IMG/VR virus record: IMGVR_UViG_3300042260_000337
DNA length: 64,000 nt
Source: a virus
Taxonomy: Duplodnaviria > Caudoviricetes
Direction: 5' to 3' (one strand)
Shown: positions 1-12,700 of the stretch, in pieces
How positions within the stretch are numbered: position 1 is the first letter of the stretch
Layout of the letters: every line of letters starts with the position of its first letter
The notes under the pieces: generated by a model
What the model saw: only the letters and a program-made list of their open reading frames with translations
Told to the model about the DNA's origin: nothing
The model's database searches: none
Translations under genes and position numbers: made by a program

Positions 1-2
1 GT

Positions 3-3000
3 TATTCTTTCACTGGTAAAGTGGCGGGAGAAACACGTGCGTTTGACGCAGTAAGAGCCGAAATAGATGGAGACATTATAACTGAATCGGAACCAAACAT
101 CCTGAACAATTTTAGTATTCTTTCAAGAGACGACTCATTCGGTCCATCAAGTGACAGAACAGGTTTCTTTGTCTATGCTAAAGCAGGACAACTAAGATTC
201 AAGGACTTGAATTACACATCAAAAGTATCAAACAGAATAGAACAGATACTTGACACTGATATTTCGAACAGTGACGTTTGGCTTCAACGAGTTGATAGCA
301 CAGGTCAATATAGTTCAAGTGTTGCAATCCTTGATAATAGCACACGAGATACCGCCATATACAACTATTTCAGAACAGGAAATGGTGACGTTGCTTCCAT
401 AAGAACTAATGACGAAAACAGAGTTGAGATCGTATTCCCAGATGGAGTTTACGGTAATTCTGCATACGGACGATACAGATTGTGGTATAGAATTGTTGAC
501 AATACAAACTTTTCTGTTGACCGTAGCGAAATCAAAAATGCATCAATAGTTATTCCATATATTGGTGAAGACGACAAGCCATATCTGCTTACAGTAACTC
601 TACAATCAACTGTTGACTTTGTTGATAACTTCGTTGGTGAAAATTACTATAGCGTAAAAAGATTGGCACCAAAGACATATTACACGCAGGACCGAATGGT
701 CAATGGTCAGGATTATAATATCTTACCGTTGTCTCTTGGTTCAAGTGTGGTCACAAAAGTAAAAGCAGTGAATACTACATTTGCGGGGAACTCACGATAT
801 TTTGAGATGGATGATGTTACTGGTCACCATTCAACAATATCCGTAACTGGAACTGATGGGTCAATATACATTGAGGATGACCCAGTGCAAATGGAAATGT
901 TCTTCAACATGGCTAGTGGAGACATTGACAGTTTTATACGAAACGATTTGACCGCCGCAATAAATCATCAGAGTATGGTGAACGCTTATTACTATGAGCA
1001 CCGTTATGACGCTTCTGTCAACATGACTAACATTACATACAATGAATGGCAACGAGACCCAACTGACTTATCTAATAATCTGAAGGGAACATTTAGTAAT
1101 TTTTTCTCTGTCACTCAGGGAGACAGCATAAAAATTGGACATGAGTGGTATACCGTTGTAAAATATGTAGATTCAACTAAGTCAATTACTCTTGACCGCG
1201 TTGCTCCGTATGGCGAGATACTGAAAGAACGTGTCCAAGCATACGAAAGAGTGTTTATTGATTCGGTTGTTGATTCCATAAAATATGAACTTTCCGAAAA
1301 TTTCGTAAATTCATTCTATCTAGTTTATGCGTTTACATTCCCAGAATGTGGAACGACAAATTGGACTATGATGACCGAGAGTGATGTGGCTAGTTTGGGA
1401 GAAGAAGAAGCCGCATTGTTTGCCGACTTGAAAATGAAAATATATGTAAAATACTTACCTGGTATTAGAACAAATGAGTCAAGATTTGTAGTTTCTTTCA
1501 CTGGAAAGAAAATTGTATTTGAGAGTAACGACCAAGTTAAATTCTATTATAGCAATGGAAACAAACAGGTAATTGACAATTCAACTAACTTGGCAAATAC
1601 TGACACTATAATAATAAACTATGCAGAAGGTGAATATCAAGAAACAAGCAACGTAGCAGCTATGTCAAACGTTGGAATGACAGTTGGATTTGGTCCAGTT
1701 GTTAGTATCGATCACGTCAATAATACATTTGACGTGTCGTTTGCATGTGCTGGCGGTCCAGAAAATATGAACTTTATTCAGAATAATGAAACATATTTAA
1801 ATGTGTCTTACAGTCACTATATGGTTTCCCCAGAGTGTGTAGAAAAACAAGTTCCGTCTCCTGCAAATCCAATTGGGACTAGTTCCAATGGTTATATTGT
1901 TACTTTTCCACTTGATACTATTGATGAAACATTGTCCACTACCACAGAAATCGCCACAAACATAAACACCGAAAATACAGATGAATTGAAAATATCTCTT
2001 CACAATGTATCACTTTATGTCGGAACAGGAAACATTGGTAATGTGGGCAACGTAGGAAACGTAGGAAACGTAGGAAATGTAGGAAACGTAGGAAATGTTT
2101 GCGGTAACGTAGGAAATGTTTGCGGCGATGGGGTAGGCAACGTAGGAAATGGTTCATACTATGGAGACGTATATACAGTTATTACCTCAAGTCAGTTGGA
2201 AGGAGTCATGGGCCTTCATGGAAACATAACAATGGATTACATAGACCGAGCGCAGAATGATGGGCATTTCTTCTTTATTGATGAGAGTGAAATGCTATCT
2301 GGTAAAACGTTACAGACAATAGAACTTGGAGACAGAGGAACCCAAGCGCCGTTTGTCACATTAGAATCTGATTCCAATGGCGTTCAAACATTCAAGTTTA
2401 CGTTTATAAACAATCAAGATTTCAAGTTTTGCTCAGATGATTGTGACATTTTCATCAAGCAAAAAGCATATTCAGAAGTTACATTCATTACTACAGTTAA
2501 TATAACCGCATCTCAGCTTGTGTTCAGAACAGAAAGCGGAAAATTGATAGAACCTGAATATTTTGATGTTATTCTAATTTCTGATGATGTATACCGTGTT
2601 ATATTTTGGTCACCAGATGTTCCAGTTAGCACACTAGTTGATGTCCTATATTCAAATATAGGGGATTCTGAACTATATCGTTTCCACTGCCGAGTAAGGG
2701 CGCAGTTCACAGATGTTGACTATAACATATATAGAGACAAGACATATTCGACAATCGGTTCATACGTGTATGATACTTATCTGACTCCAGAAGGGTATGT
2801 TGATAATACTAAGGTCAAACTAACATCAATGGATAAGTCTGGAAATCCAAATGGACTACTGAATATATTCAAAGATCAGACATCCACTGACCATATGATT
2901 ATAGAAACATATACAAAAAATGATATTACATATACTCGTGCATCAGAATATGCAGTAGTAATTGAAGGAGATGTAAGTATTTCACTTCGTATGCCATCTA

Positions 3001-3788
3001 CTGCAAGATTGGCTTACGATATAGAATTTGGTCGTTGGTATAAAAAGGTAGACGGACTATGGGAAATCATGCCAACTACTAGTAGCGATTATACAATCGC
3101 ATCGGACGGAACACTGATATACGCCGGTGTCACATATAAGATTGTGGAAGGTAAAACATTCGTCACTGATAACTACATGAGTTTCCGTTGGGACCATTAT
3201 GCAGATAAGGACAAGCGTATTGACCCAAGCACTTCAAACATCGTAGACGTATATGTTCTATCTTCGGAGTATGTAAGAAAAGTAAATCAGTGGATAGCAA
3301 GCAACTTCAAATCACAGATGCCATCGCCTCCTACATCATATGAGTTGAAAGCGATAATGAGCAAGATAAATGACAAGTCTGCCATTGCAGACCATATAAG
3401 CTATATTCCAGTTCGTTTCAAATACTTGTTTGGTTCATACGCAGAAGAACAAAACCAAGCGGTATTCAAAGTAGTGAAAAGAAAAGGAACACCATATACC
3501 GACAGTGAAATAAAGTCAATGGTATCTGCAAAAGTAAACGAGTATTTCTCAATTGAAAATTGGGATTTCGGAGATACATTCTACTTCTCAGAGGTCGCTG
3601 CATATCTTCATAAAGAACTGAACGAGTATATTGCTTCCGTTGTGATTACTCCTAGATTCTCAAACTACAACTTTGCAGATATGCTAAGTATTACTAGCGA
3701 ACCATACGAGATGTTTTTATCTGTCACCACATCAGCAGACGTAAAAATAATCGATTCAATAACAAAATCAGAACTATCAGGTGGATAA
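3..3788 (+). CDS. Baseplate wedge-like structural protein (T4 gp6-like), 5' end outside the window
   Basis: The frame is open from base 3 (YSFTGKV...) to TAA at 3788. Motifs 'QDRMVNGQDYN', 'KVKAVN' and C-terminal 'EYF...WDFGDTFYFSEVAAYLH...ASVVITP' resemble wedge proteins of large myoviruses. It lies directly upstream of a giant structural gene. Confidence 0.7.
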   Translation, partial: YSFTGKVAGETRAFDAVRAEIDGDIITESEPNILNNFSILSRDDSFGPSSDRTGFFVYAKAGQLRFKDLNYTSKVSNRIEQILDTDISNSDVWLQRVDSTGQYSSSVAILDNSTRDTAIYNYFRTGNGDVASIRTNDENRVEIVFPDGVYGNSAYGRYRLWYRIVDNTNFSVDRSEIKNASIVIPYIGEDDKPYLLTVTLQSTVDFVDNFVGENYYSVKRLAPKTYYTQDRMVNGQDYNILPLSLGSSVVTKVKAVNTTFAGNSRYFEMDDVTGHHSTISVTGTDGSIYIEDDPVQMEMFFNMASGDIDSFIRNDLTAAINHQSMVNAYYYEHRYDASVNMTNITYNEWQRDPTDLSNNLKGTFSNFFSVTQGDSIKIGHEWYTVVKYVDSTKSITLDRVAPYGEILKERVQAYERVFIDSVVDSIKYELSENFVNSFYLVYAFTFPECGTTNWTMMTESDVASLGEEEAALFADLKMKIYVKYLPGIRTNESRFVVSFTGKKIVFESNDQVKFYYSNGNKQVIDNSTNLANTDTIIINYAEGEYQETSNVAAMSNVGMTVGFGPVVSIDHVNNTFDVSFACAGGPENMNFIQNNETYLNVSYSHYMVSPECVEKQVPSPANPIGTSSNGYIVTFPLDTIDETLSTTTEIATNINTENTDELKISLHNVSLYVGTGNIGNVGNVGNVGNVGNVGNVGNVCGNVGNVCGDGVGNVGNGSYYGDVYTVITSSQLEGVMGLHGNITMDYIDRAQNDGHFFFIDESEMLSGKTLQTIELGDRGTQAPFVTLESDSNGVQTFKFTFINNQDFKFCSDDCDIFIKQKAYSEVTFITTVNITASQLVFRTESGKLIEPEYFDVILISDDVYRVIFWSPDVPVSTLVDVLYSNIGDSELYRFHCRVRAQFTDVDYNIYRDKTYSTIGSYVYDTYLTPEGYVDNTKVKLTSMDKSGNPNGLLNIFKDQTSTDHMIIETYTKNDITYTRASEYAVVIEGDVSISLRMPSTARLAYDIEFGRWYKKVDGLWEIMPTTSSDYTIASDGTLIYAGVTYKIVEGKTFVTDNYMSFRWDHYADKDKRIDPSTSNIVDVYVLSSEYVRKVNQWIASNFKSQMPSPPTSYELKAIMSKINDKSAIADHISYIPVRFKYLFGSYAEEQNQAVFKVVKRKGTPYTDSEIKSMVSAKVNEYFSIENWDFGDTFYFSEVAAYLHKELNEYIASVVITPRFSNYNFADMLSITSEPYEMFLSVTTSADVKIIDSITKSELSGG
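2028..2150 (+). repeat. In-frame 9-bp tandem repeat (GGN AAY GTN) encoding (Gly-Asn-Val)n inside the wedge protein
   Basis: Reads GNI, 7x GNV, C, 2x GNV, C, GDGV, GNV, GNG. Codons vary synonymously (gga/ggt/ggc, aac/aat, gta/gtg/gtt). Confidence 0.95.
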
Positions 3789-3791
3789 AAT

Positions 3792-6700
3792 ATGAAAGAT
3801 AAAGTATACGATTTTCTTCCAGCACATTTAAAAAACAGCGAATTAGAGAACATTTTTAATGCTACTCTGGACCGCGTTTTTTCAAAAGGCAAAGTAGAAA
3901 AAATCAGATCATTTGTGGGTAGAAAAGAAAAGGGTATTTACAATTCCAAAAACTCTTATGTTGAATATCCATTCTCACAATCTTATCGTAATGACTATTC
4001 ATTTGAACCAGTTTATGCAAATCCTAATATACAAGATAATGTATTTTATGATGACCTATTGAACTTAATATACAATAAGGGTGGTTTGATAAATGACCAT
4101 CGTCGTCTGTTTACAAATGAATATTATACTATAAACTTGCCAATTGACGCAGATAAGTTCTGTAATTGGGCGATGTATTATTGGGTATACCCTGGGTTTG
4201 ATGAATCAATATCTGGTTCTAATCTAAAGCATTATGTGACTATTGATAAAAATCAAAACAACTGGTGGGGAGTGAATAACTCTTGGTATCATTTTGATGA
4301 TATAAAAAATTTGTTGACTGTTGATAATAAGCATCTAATCAAGAAGGCGTCTCGTCCTATTATTGAGTTTGATAAAGGACTTGAATTGTCTACAACCAGT
4401 TCTACAAAGCCAATTGAAGACTTGGATTTTGAAGAACCAACCTTCGCATTATATGGACCAACTGGGTTGTCTCAGGAAGGAAGTAAGATTTTCTCATATG
4501 TTACTGGGACTGCCGAAGATTATCCATACGATGCAGAATTGATGCTTTACCCAAAACTGATAGCTGGTGATTACCAGAGTGAATATTCATACATTATTAG
4601 CCTGCCAGAATCATTAACATGTAAATTGAACGGCGATGATTTAAGTATATACATACCAAGCAATTTCAAATACAGAAACGTCCGTCAGGAAAAACCAGAA
4701 GGATTAGTTTCATTCATTAATCTTGAATATGAACCATCATCTGAAAATGACATTGATGTTTATGTAAATGGGGTTCGCCAGATTGGAAATTATTCGTATG
4801 ATAATAGAACAATCACTCTTGATACTCCAACATCGGAATATGTTTATGTTGATTATTCCACTGCTTCTCCGATTGATGAAAAAAAGCCATATACTTTTCA
4901 ACGAGTAAATCCATCAGTTGAATATAACCCTGATGGGGTAAGTCATGTGAACGTTGAGTTTTCATACTCAACTATCTTTGAGCATTTGATTCGTATCATT
5001 GAGACGGCAGTTGGCCTTGAAGGCGAACCAATATCAAGTAGCAACTTTAGAACTTTGATTGGGACAGACAAAACGAAATTGAATGACCAAGGCAGCGTTA
5101 TGATAAAGAGTGGCGTCGATTTAGCGTTTGCTTATTTCGCAATCAACAGAGACGACTTCAACCCATTTGCTGCGGTAGAGTCACTATCAACATACTACAA
5201 TAGTTTCAAAAATAAACTAGTTTTGACCATTCAGGAAATTCTAAAGTCTGCTGACCAAGGCAATAAAACTGACACAGAGATATTAGAAGAAGCACTCAAA
5301 ACAATTTCCATCAACAAAAGCACTGTCTACAAAGTATTTGACAGTGTGTTTATGCTTGATTATGGTGTCAAAAATAATCACTACCAAGAACTGACAGTAA
5401 CAAACGTAGCCGGTTCTCTTGAACAGTTTATGCCACAATTTGACAACCCAGTTGTGAGCGACAGTGATGTGGCAGTATACGTAAATGGTGTAATTCAAAT
5501 ATATGGTCACGATTATACGATATCATCTACTGGTGGAGAAATACTATTCAAAACATATGCCCCATCTTCAACTGACATAATATCGGTTAGAAACTATATT
5601 AATCGTGAAGATTTGCGTATTCCGCCATCATCCGTAAAATTGGGCATCTCTCCTTCATACATACCATCATTTCAAACAGACAATGAATTTTCAGAACCAG
5701 TTGAGTTCATTATAGGACACGATGGGTCAAAAACACCACGTTGGAATGATAGAACAGATAACATCCTACTTGAATACGAAATCCGTGTGTATAACAAACT
5801 GTCAGTATATGAAACAAATATTGACTATATGAACTATGGAGTTTTTTCAACCGCAAACACCGACTATTCATACGCAGAAAAGAATCATATTGCTTATCCA
5901 TTCTTCAAAAAATGGATGGTCAAGAACGAAATAAGCAATATGTATAATGATACTTTCAATCCAAATGATTGGAAGACTTGGAACTACTCTGCTCTCAATT
6001 CAGCACTTCCGGGAAATTGGAGAGGTATATACAGTTATCTATATGGAACCGACAACCCACTTATTGAACCTTGGAAGGCGGCTGGATTAAGCCAGAAGCC
6101 AGAAGACTTTGATATTGACTATGGCCCTGATTACACATCTCCTTCTTTTTGGGCTATGCTTATTTCAGACAATATGCTTGATGTTCCTGTTCCAGTTTAT
6201 ACAAGTGGCGAGTTGAAGTCAATAGATGACTTACTATATAGTGGGTCAATTACAAATCAAGTTATTCAAACTCTGAAATCCGATTGGTATTTTGGTGATG
6301 GCTCACCAGTCGAAATGGCTTGGAAGCGTTCAAGTGAATATTCATTCATTTCGTTTATAGAAATGATGCTTCAACGACCATTTGATGTAATTTCAAAATA
6401 CCGTGATAAAATAAATTACATTGTATCCTTGTATACAAAAATACTTGGCATCAATTTTAATGCGGTGGAAAGAGAAAGAAACAATTACCAATTCAAACTT
6501 GGTTCTAAACTATCTGGATTTGTAAATAACTTTGTCCTTCTAAGTGAAAACGAATCTCTTGTGAACAGTAAATATTCAGAAATTCCATCTGATAATTATA
6601 ATCTGTTTATTCACGCAAGCGTTCCATCGAGAACTGAAAATTTTAGTGCTATCACAATTGAAAGAGTGTCATTGGATAAACAGTATCCAACATATTCAAT

Positions 6701-9700
6701 TGACAACACTGCCGATTATCTTGTTGGCGATATAGTTATCAATCCTAACGATGGAAAATATTACAAGAGAAAGATAGCAGGGCAGACAGATAAAGAAGAA
6801 GCGCAGTCTATCACATTTGATTATTCTGCTTGGATATTGGTTCCACAACCAAAGGTAAAACAGTTTGGTTTCAGAATCCATGGATACATTGACCTTCACC
6901 CAGAGTTCCCAGCCTTTGAATGGGACACTGCAAGTGGAGAGAAAGTATACGAAACCGTTGGTGACAAACTGGTCATTGCAAACTGGAAGCAAAATACATT
7001 CTATCGTCAAAATGATTATGTGCTGTATGACAACAAACCATTCGTTTGCTTAGAAACTCACACATCGTTGACTACATTCGGAGACTCATTGACAAAGTGG
7101 AAGGCGGTTGGAACATGGCCACGTGTGAACAAGACTTATGCTTATGGATATAATAAGGTAGACGAAACCCGTGTCAAGACATACAAGTATGGTGAAGTTC
7201 TAACTTCCGCCGATGATGTTGTTCATCTTCTTGTTGGCTATCAAGAATACCTACAATCACGAGGATGGAAGTTCCTTGATATTTTTGAGAACTCGTATCC
7301 AATCAATTTTGAAAATCTGATTCCACAATTCTTAGACTGGACAGCCGAAAATCATACAGTGGGCGAATACATTTCGCTAACGCCACTGAAAGAAAATGGC
7401 GAATTTGATTCTCCACACGGTGTTGCAAAAGTTGGTAAGGACACATTCAAAAATTACTATCGTGTTGTTGATGCCGAAGGAAATAAAATTTCCGAGAATG
7501 ACATAAGTTTCTACACAACTGGAAATTCATTGACTTGGAAATCTAGTCATCCAGTATATGGAATGATGATTGACATAACTGACATTGAACACGCTTTTGT
7601 TGTTGACCGTGTTGACTCATATAACGATATCATATATGACCCGCTAAACCATAACAGAAATCTTCGTATGCTGATTGACTGCAACCGAGCAGTTGATTGG
7701 GATGGGACAATGGCAACCGATGGCTACATTGTGTATGGAAACAAGATGATTCCAAACTTTGAAACAGTTATTGATGAAATTCAAAACTACCGAGACACCA
7801 TACTTGACCAAAGTTTAGAAAACATCAATCTGTTGAAGGCAAGCCATATTGGTTTCTTCCCACGTGAATATTTTAACCGTATGGGAATTGAACGAGAAAG
7901 CCAACTTGAATTTTACAAAGGTTTCTTAGCTGGAAAAGGAACAAAAGAAAGCATTAACCGTCTAGTAAACCTTGAAAGCAACATCACTGATATTGAAAAC
8001 AGCGATGTGTGGGCGTTCAAGATGGCAGAATATGGTAACAATAACTCACGTAGAAAAGAATCCAAAGTTGTAAACATATCAGACTTGCGAAAGACTCCTT
8101 ATGTTGTGACATATGATAACATAGAATATCCTATGGAAACAACAACTGCTATTTCACCAGTTCCTCTAAAAACTACTGGGTATGTAGATTCAACCTATAT
8201 AAGTCATGTTGTTATGAATACTTCATCTCTTACATCTCTGAATGTTTCAAAAATATTTGAAGGCGACATTGCTTGGGTTCAGTTTGATGACGACCGTGAA
8301 TGGGATGTATTGCGTTTGAGTGAGATTGCAGAAATAGTATATCTTGGTGAAACTCCTGATGCTCAACTTTACATAGCGTTGACGAATGAAATACCAACTG
8401 ATAAGGAAATATTCCTTCGTGTTGTTTCAAGTGGCATACAGCCTGAAATACAAGGATACTTCTATCCAGTGTATGAATCTACGCAGACATATAATGGAAT
8501 GCCAGTATATCTGTATCTGATTTTTGACATGAACTATGAAGCCGTGATTGTTGAAATTGATACTTCAACAAGTAACAGTGTTTACGTTCCAACTCAATCA
8601 ATCCCATATGTTGAAGCAAACGGTTCTGTAGTAAATCCAAATATTGTTGATGGCGATACCTTGGTAATCAATGGAAATTCATATGTGTATGACCCAGTTG
8701 GTGTTGGAACTACGAGAGTTCAGATATATGGTTCTGAGTTCTCAGTAAACCCATTTGTTCAGGCTGGTGAAAGAATACGAATTTCGGTATTTGATAGTTT
8801 TGGACAATTGGCGAACAACAACTCAACTGTTACATTTACTGGGACCGTTGCAGAAACTGAAAATCCTGTAACTTCTGAAATAGGAGACCAAATTAATATT
8901 GATGGGACGATACTAACTGTTGCAGCAAGTTCTGATTCGGAAATAGTAATTGTTTCTGATAATAATGAATTGACAGAAGTTCCAGTTGGCTCAACCATAT
9001 TGGTCGATGGTCAAACAGTTGCAACATTTGAGAAGATAGTAGTGAATGGAACTACTAATAATCTAACGTTGTCATCTACAAAAGCACTGAGCGTCAACGG
9101 GACAATCATTACGTTTACCGTTCCAACTGGCACAACAATAGGAACAAATTCTACTGAACTATTCTCAAATGTGACTACTCCAGTGCCATCTATTCAATTG
9201 GCCTCTGCTATGACTAATTACCTACCAGGTAATATAACTGTAAGTAACGGTATTGATGCGCCATACGTTCTCACAACGTCTGCATATACATACAATAGTA
9301 ATACAAAAGTTATAACTTTTGATACTCCGATACAAGATGGGCAAGTTGCTTCGGTTCAAACTGAAACTCAAATATTGGTCGCGGACTCAATCACCACGTC
9401 ATTTACTCTTACAGGACCGTTCAACACTGCTGACCGTATTATAGTTGGAAGCTATACAGAAGGAACAGAATATAGCATAAATGGTTCAAACATCGTGTTT
9501 GTGACTGCCCCAACTTCTGATGTTACTGTGACTTATGAGACTGACATTCTTGTAAATCAAGATAGCGTTGTGGATATTACAGTTCAACTTGTAGCACAAC
9601 CTGTGGCACAATTCTTGGATATTGATGATATCGTATCGATCATAAATGCATCATCTGCACCTGTCACTGCGAGTAAGTCAGCATCAAACTCATTGAACAT

Positions 9701-12700
9701 TGAATATTCTGGTGCGGTTCTTACAATGAACGGTTCCATATTGATAGACTTTGGCATGTCATCTACAAGTTCGTTTAGAGAGTCTACATATCAAAATGTA
9801 GTAGACCAAATAGATTCGGTCGTTGATTTGACTTCATATCTAAATTCAAACGAACAGATAGTTATAACAACAACAAACCCAACAGTTACTCTGTCTGGAA
9901 CTGCACTTACTCATATCGGTATGGATGACGGCGTATACAACGCAGTCGCCAACCCTACTAAAAACAGTATAGTTGAGCAAATCAACAACTTGAACATTCT
10001 AAATCTTCAGGCAAGTGTTACCACTTCTGGTATAGAAATATATAAAAATAATCACCTTCTAACCATCAGTGAAGTAACTACTGGCGCTATGTCAAGACTT
10101 GGATTTACAAGTTCAACGGTTGTAGTTAGGGCGTCCGACCTTATCGCAGAACAGATAAATGCACAGGCGTTTGCAAACGATAGTTCTATAGGATATGCTA
10201 GTGTTGTTGACAGTAGAATCAAGATAACAAGTCCACAAAAATCAATCGCAATTTCCAGTCTAAATGGAAATGCGCTAGATGATATAGGGATTCCTGCGGG
10301 AACATATCTGGCAACTACAACAATATTGTCCTCTGCGTCTGCCTTCAAAGACCAAATAAATTCAGTCGCTACAGACGTTACCGTGTCAATATCGAGTGAT
10401 GGACGAATGATATTTGTTGGAAACAACAACGTAATTTCGTTTGCCGGAACGGAACAAGAAATACTTGACAAGATTGGATTGTATAGAGAATACACCAGTA
10501 TCACAAGTAGTAATGACTTCAAGGTTATGGACTGGAAATCCGTGCGTTACACACCAAATTATAATGGAGAAACATTCGGTGAGTTCTATGACAATCTTGG
10601 ATTGAATGGAATATCATTTATTTGGGCTGATGAATACGATGGCAATGGTTGGGCGGTTTTGGCTCGTAAACCAGATGGAACTCTAACCGTCATGCAGCGT
10701 CAGGCACCACGAGTGAATGTTGAAAACATAAATCGTTTGATCATAACTGATGATCAAACGAATCATCGTATGTATAGTTTGTATGATCCTTTGAATTTGA
10801 AATTCCCAGGGGATGTTGGTGCTAACTTGTCATATGTTTCCTGGCAAGACCCTGCGCAGTATGAGTTTGATGTTACACGAGACAAGTGGACTGACAGTCA
10901 CGTTGGAGAATTTTGGTGGAATACCACAAACGCAAGATATTATCGCTACAATGATTATGGTGATGTCAATGGAAACATTGATGCCAACTTTGCTAGAAAA
11001 TATTGGGGAAAACTAGTTCCTAATTCTGAGATAAAAGTATATCGTTGGACTGTATCAACTACTATACCAGATGACGTAACAAAATTCAACAAAGTAGTAT
11101 ATAATGACCCAGCGACAAATTCAAATGTCGTAAAGTATTACTTCTGGACAGCCGAGTCTATCGGACAAGAGGAAGATGATTTGACGCCATCAGATGTGAA
11201 AATGATGATAGAAAATCGTAAAATGTCTGATAACTTTATTCCTATTGCGAATAACAAAATATTGGTTTCAAATAGTAAAGAAGTCCTAAAGGGACAACGA
11301 GTAAAATTTGAACTTGATTATTACACTGATAAATCAAGAAACGAATCTCATAGTGATTGGCATCTTGTATCTGAAAAAGATTCTACTCCAATCCCAGATG
11401 AATTATGTCAAGAATTTATAGATTCAATTTCTGGGGCAATTATAGAAGATAGCATTTCAAACGTTATCGTCGCAGAAGAAATTGATGAGATAGGAAATGT
11501 CATAATAAGTGGAATTGATTTCTTGAACTATTGTGACCTTACAGATTCAGTCGTTATGATCAATTCAAATTTGGTTCAGCCATCGTTTTTTAGTTACAAT
11601 GGAGACACATTGGAGATAGACTATTCATACGCCGCTATGGTTGGTGATGTAGTGAGAGTTTACAAGCTATCTAGAAACTTCAACAACTGGTTCAAAAATC
11701 TTCCAGAAGCTAGAAGAAATTTTGGATACATAGTAAATGAATATATGAAGCGAAAGGTTATAGGCGGTTTCGCATACAACTGGAAAGAATACGTGTCTGA
11801 TTATGAGAACTCATTAGTTTCTTTGGACTACTGGTCACTCAATTCAAAGTATGACACCATAGATTATTTTGAATATCTGTCAAAAACTAAGTCTTTTGAC
11901 ATGAATGGGTTGTATGAATCTGGAATACAATCCTTCAAAGTATCAACCGATGAGGATGGGTATTACTTCCCAATTGACGGTGTTCTTCGTATGGTTCATA
12001 GAACCAATACTTCGTTGAGAATTTCTCACGAAAATGTAATTACTCCAAAATTGAATACTGAGTATTATGAAAATGCACTATCAGTGCAAACAATTGAGTT
12101 TATGAATATGATGAAGGAATATGCAGAGCCATCATTTATGAAAAAACTATTCTTGGAAATGGTAAAATATATGCTGACTGAAAAGACATATCCTGATTTT
12201 ATATTCAAGACAAGTTACTTTGACTTGATTATGAAAAATAATGGACTGAAGCAAAGTGCAATATACCTAAGAGACTATTATGATGATATGATTGATTACG
12301 TCAACGATACCAAACCATATCATGCAAAAATAAGAAATGTAACCAATCGTTTCTCCACGCAGGAAAGCATGAACAATTCGGTGACTGACATTTCAAACAT
12401 GACAGTTCGTATGAAATTTGGAAATTCTGATTATTATACCATTATAGTTGACGAATCATTTGATGCTGATCCTATCATATACGATATAGATAAAAAGTTC
12501 AATCCTTCTCCCGAACCATTGACGCTAACAGTTTATATCAACGGCGTGAAAATACGAGACCAATATTATTCAATAGAAAATGGACATTTGGTTTTCAACA
12601 CAAATGGCGATATTCTTGATGGCAGCACTTCCGGGGCTATTAGTATTGAAGTCGGAGACAGAATAACCGTATCAAGAACAAATAGTCGTTATGCGTTGAA

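Noticed and set aside
2028-2150. Repeat array as CRISPR or a DNA-level VNTR switch
   Set aside because: The 9-bp units are in frame, vary synonymously and have no spacers; there are no cas genes.
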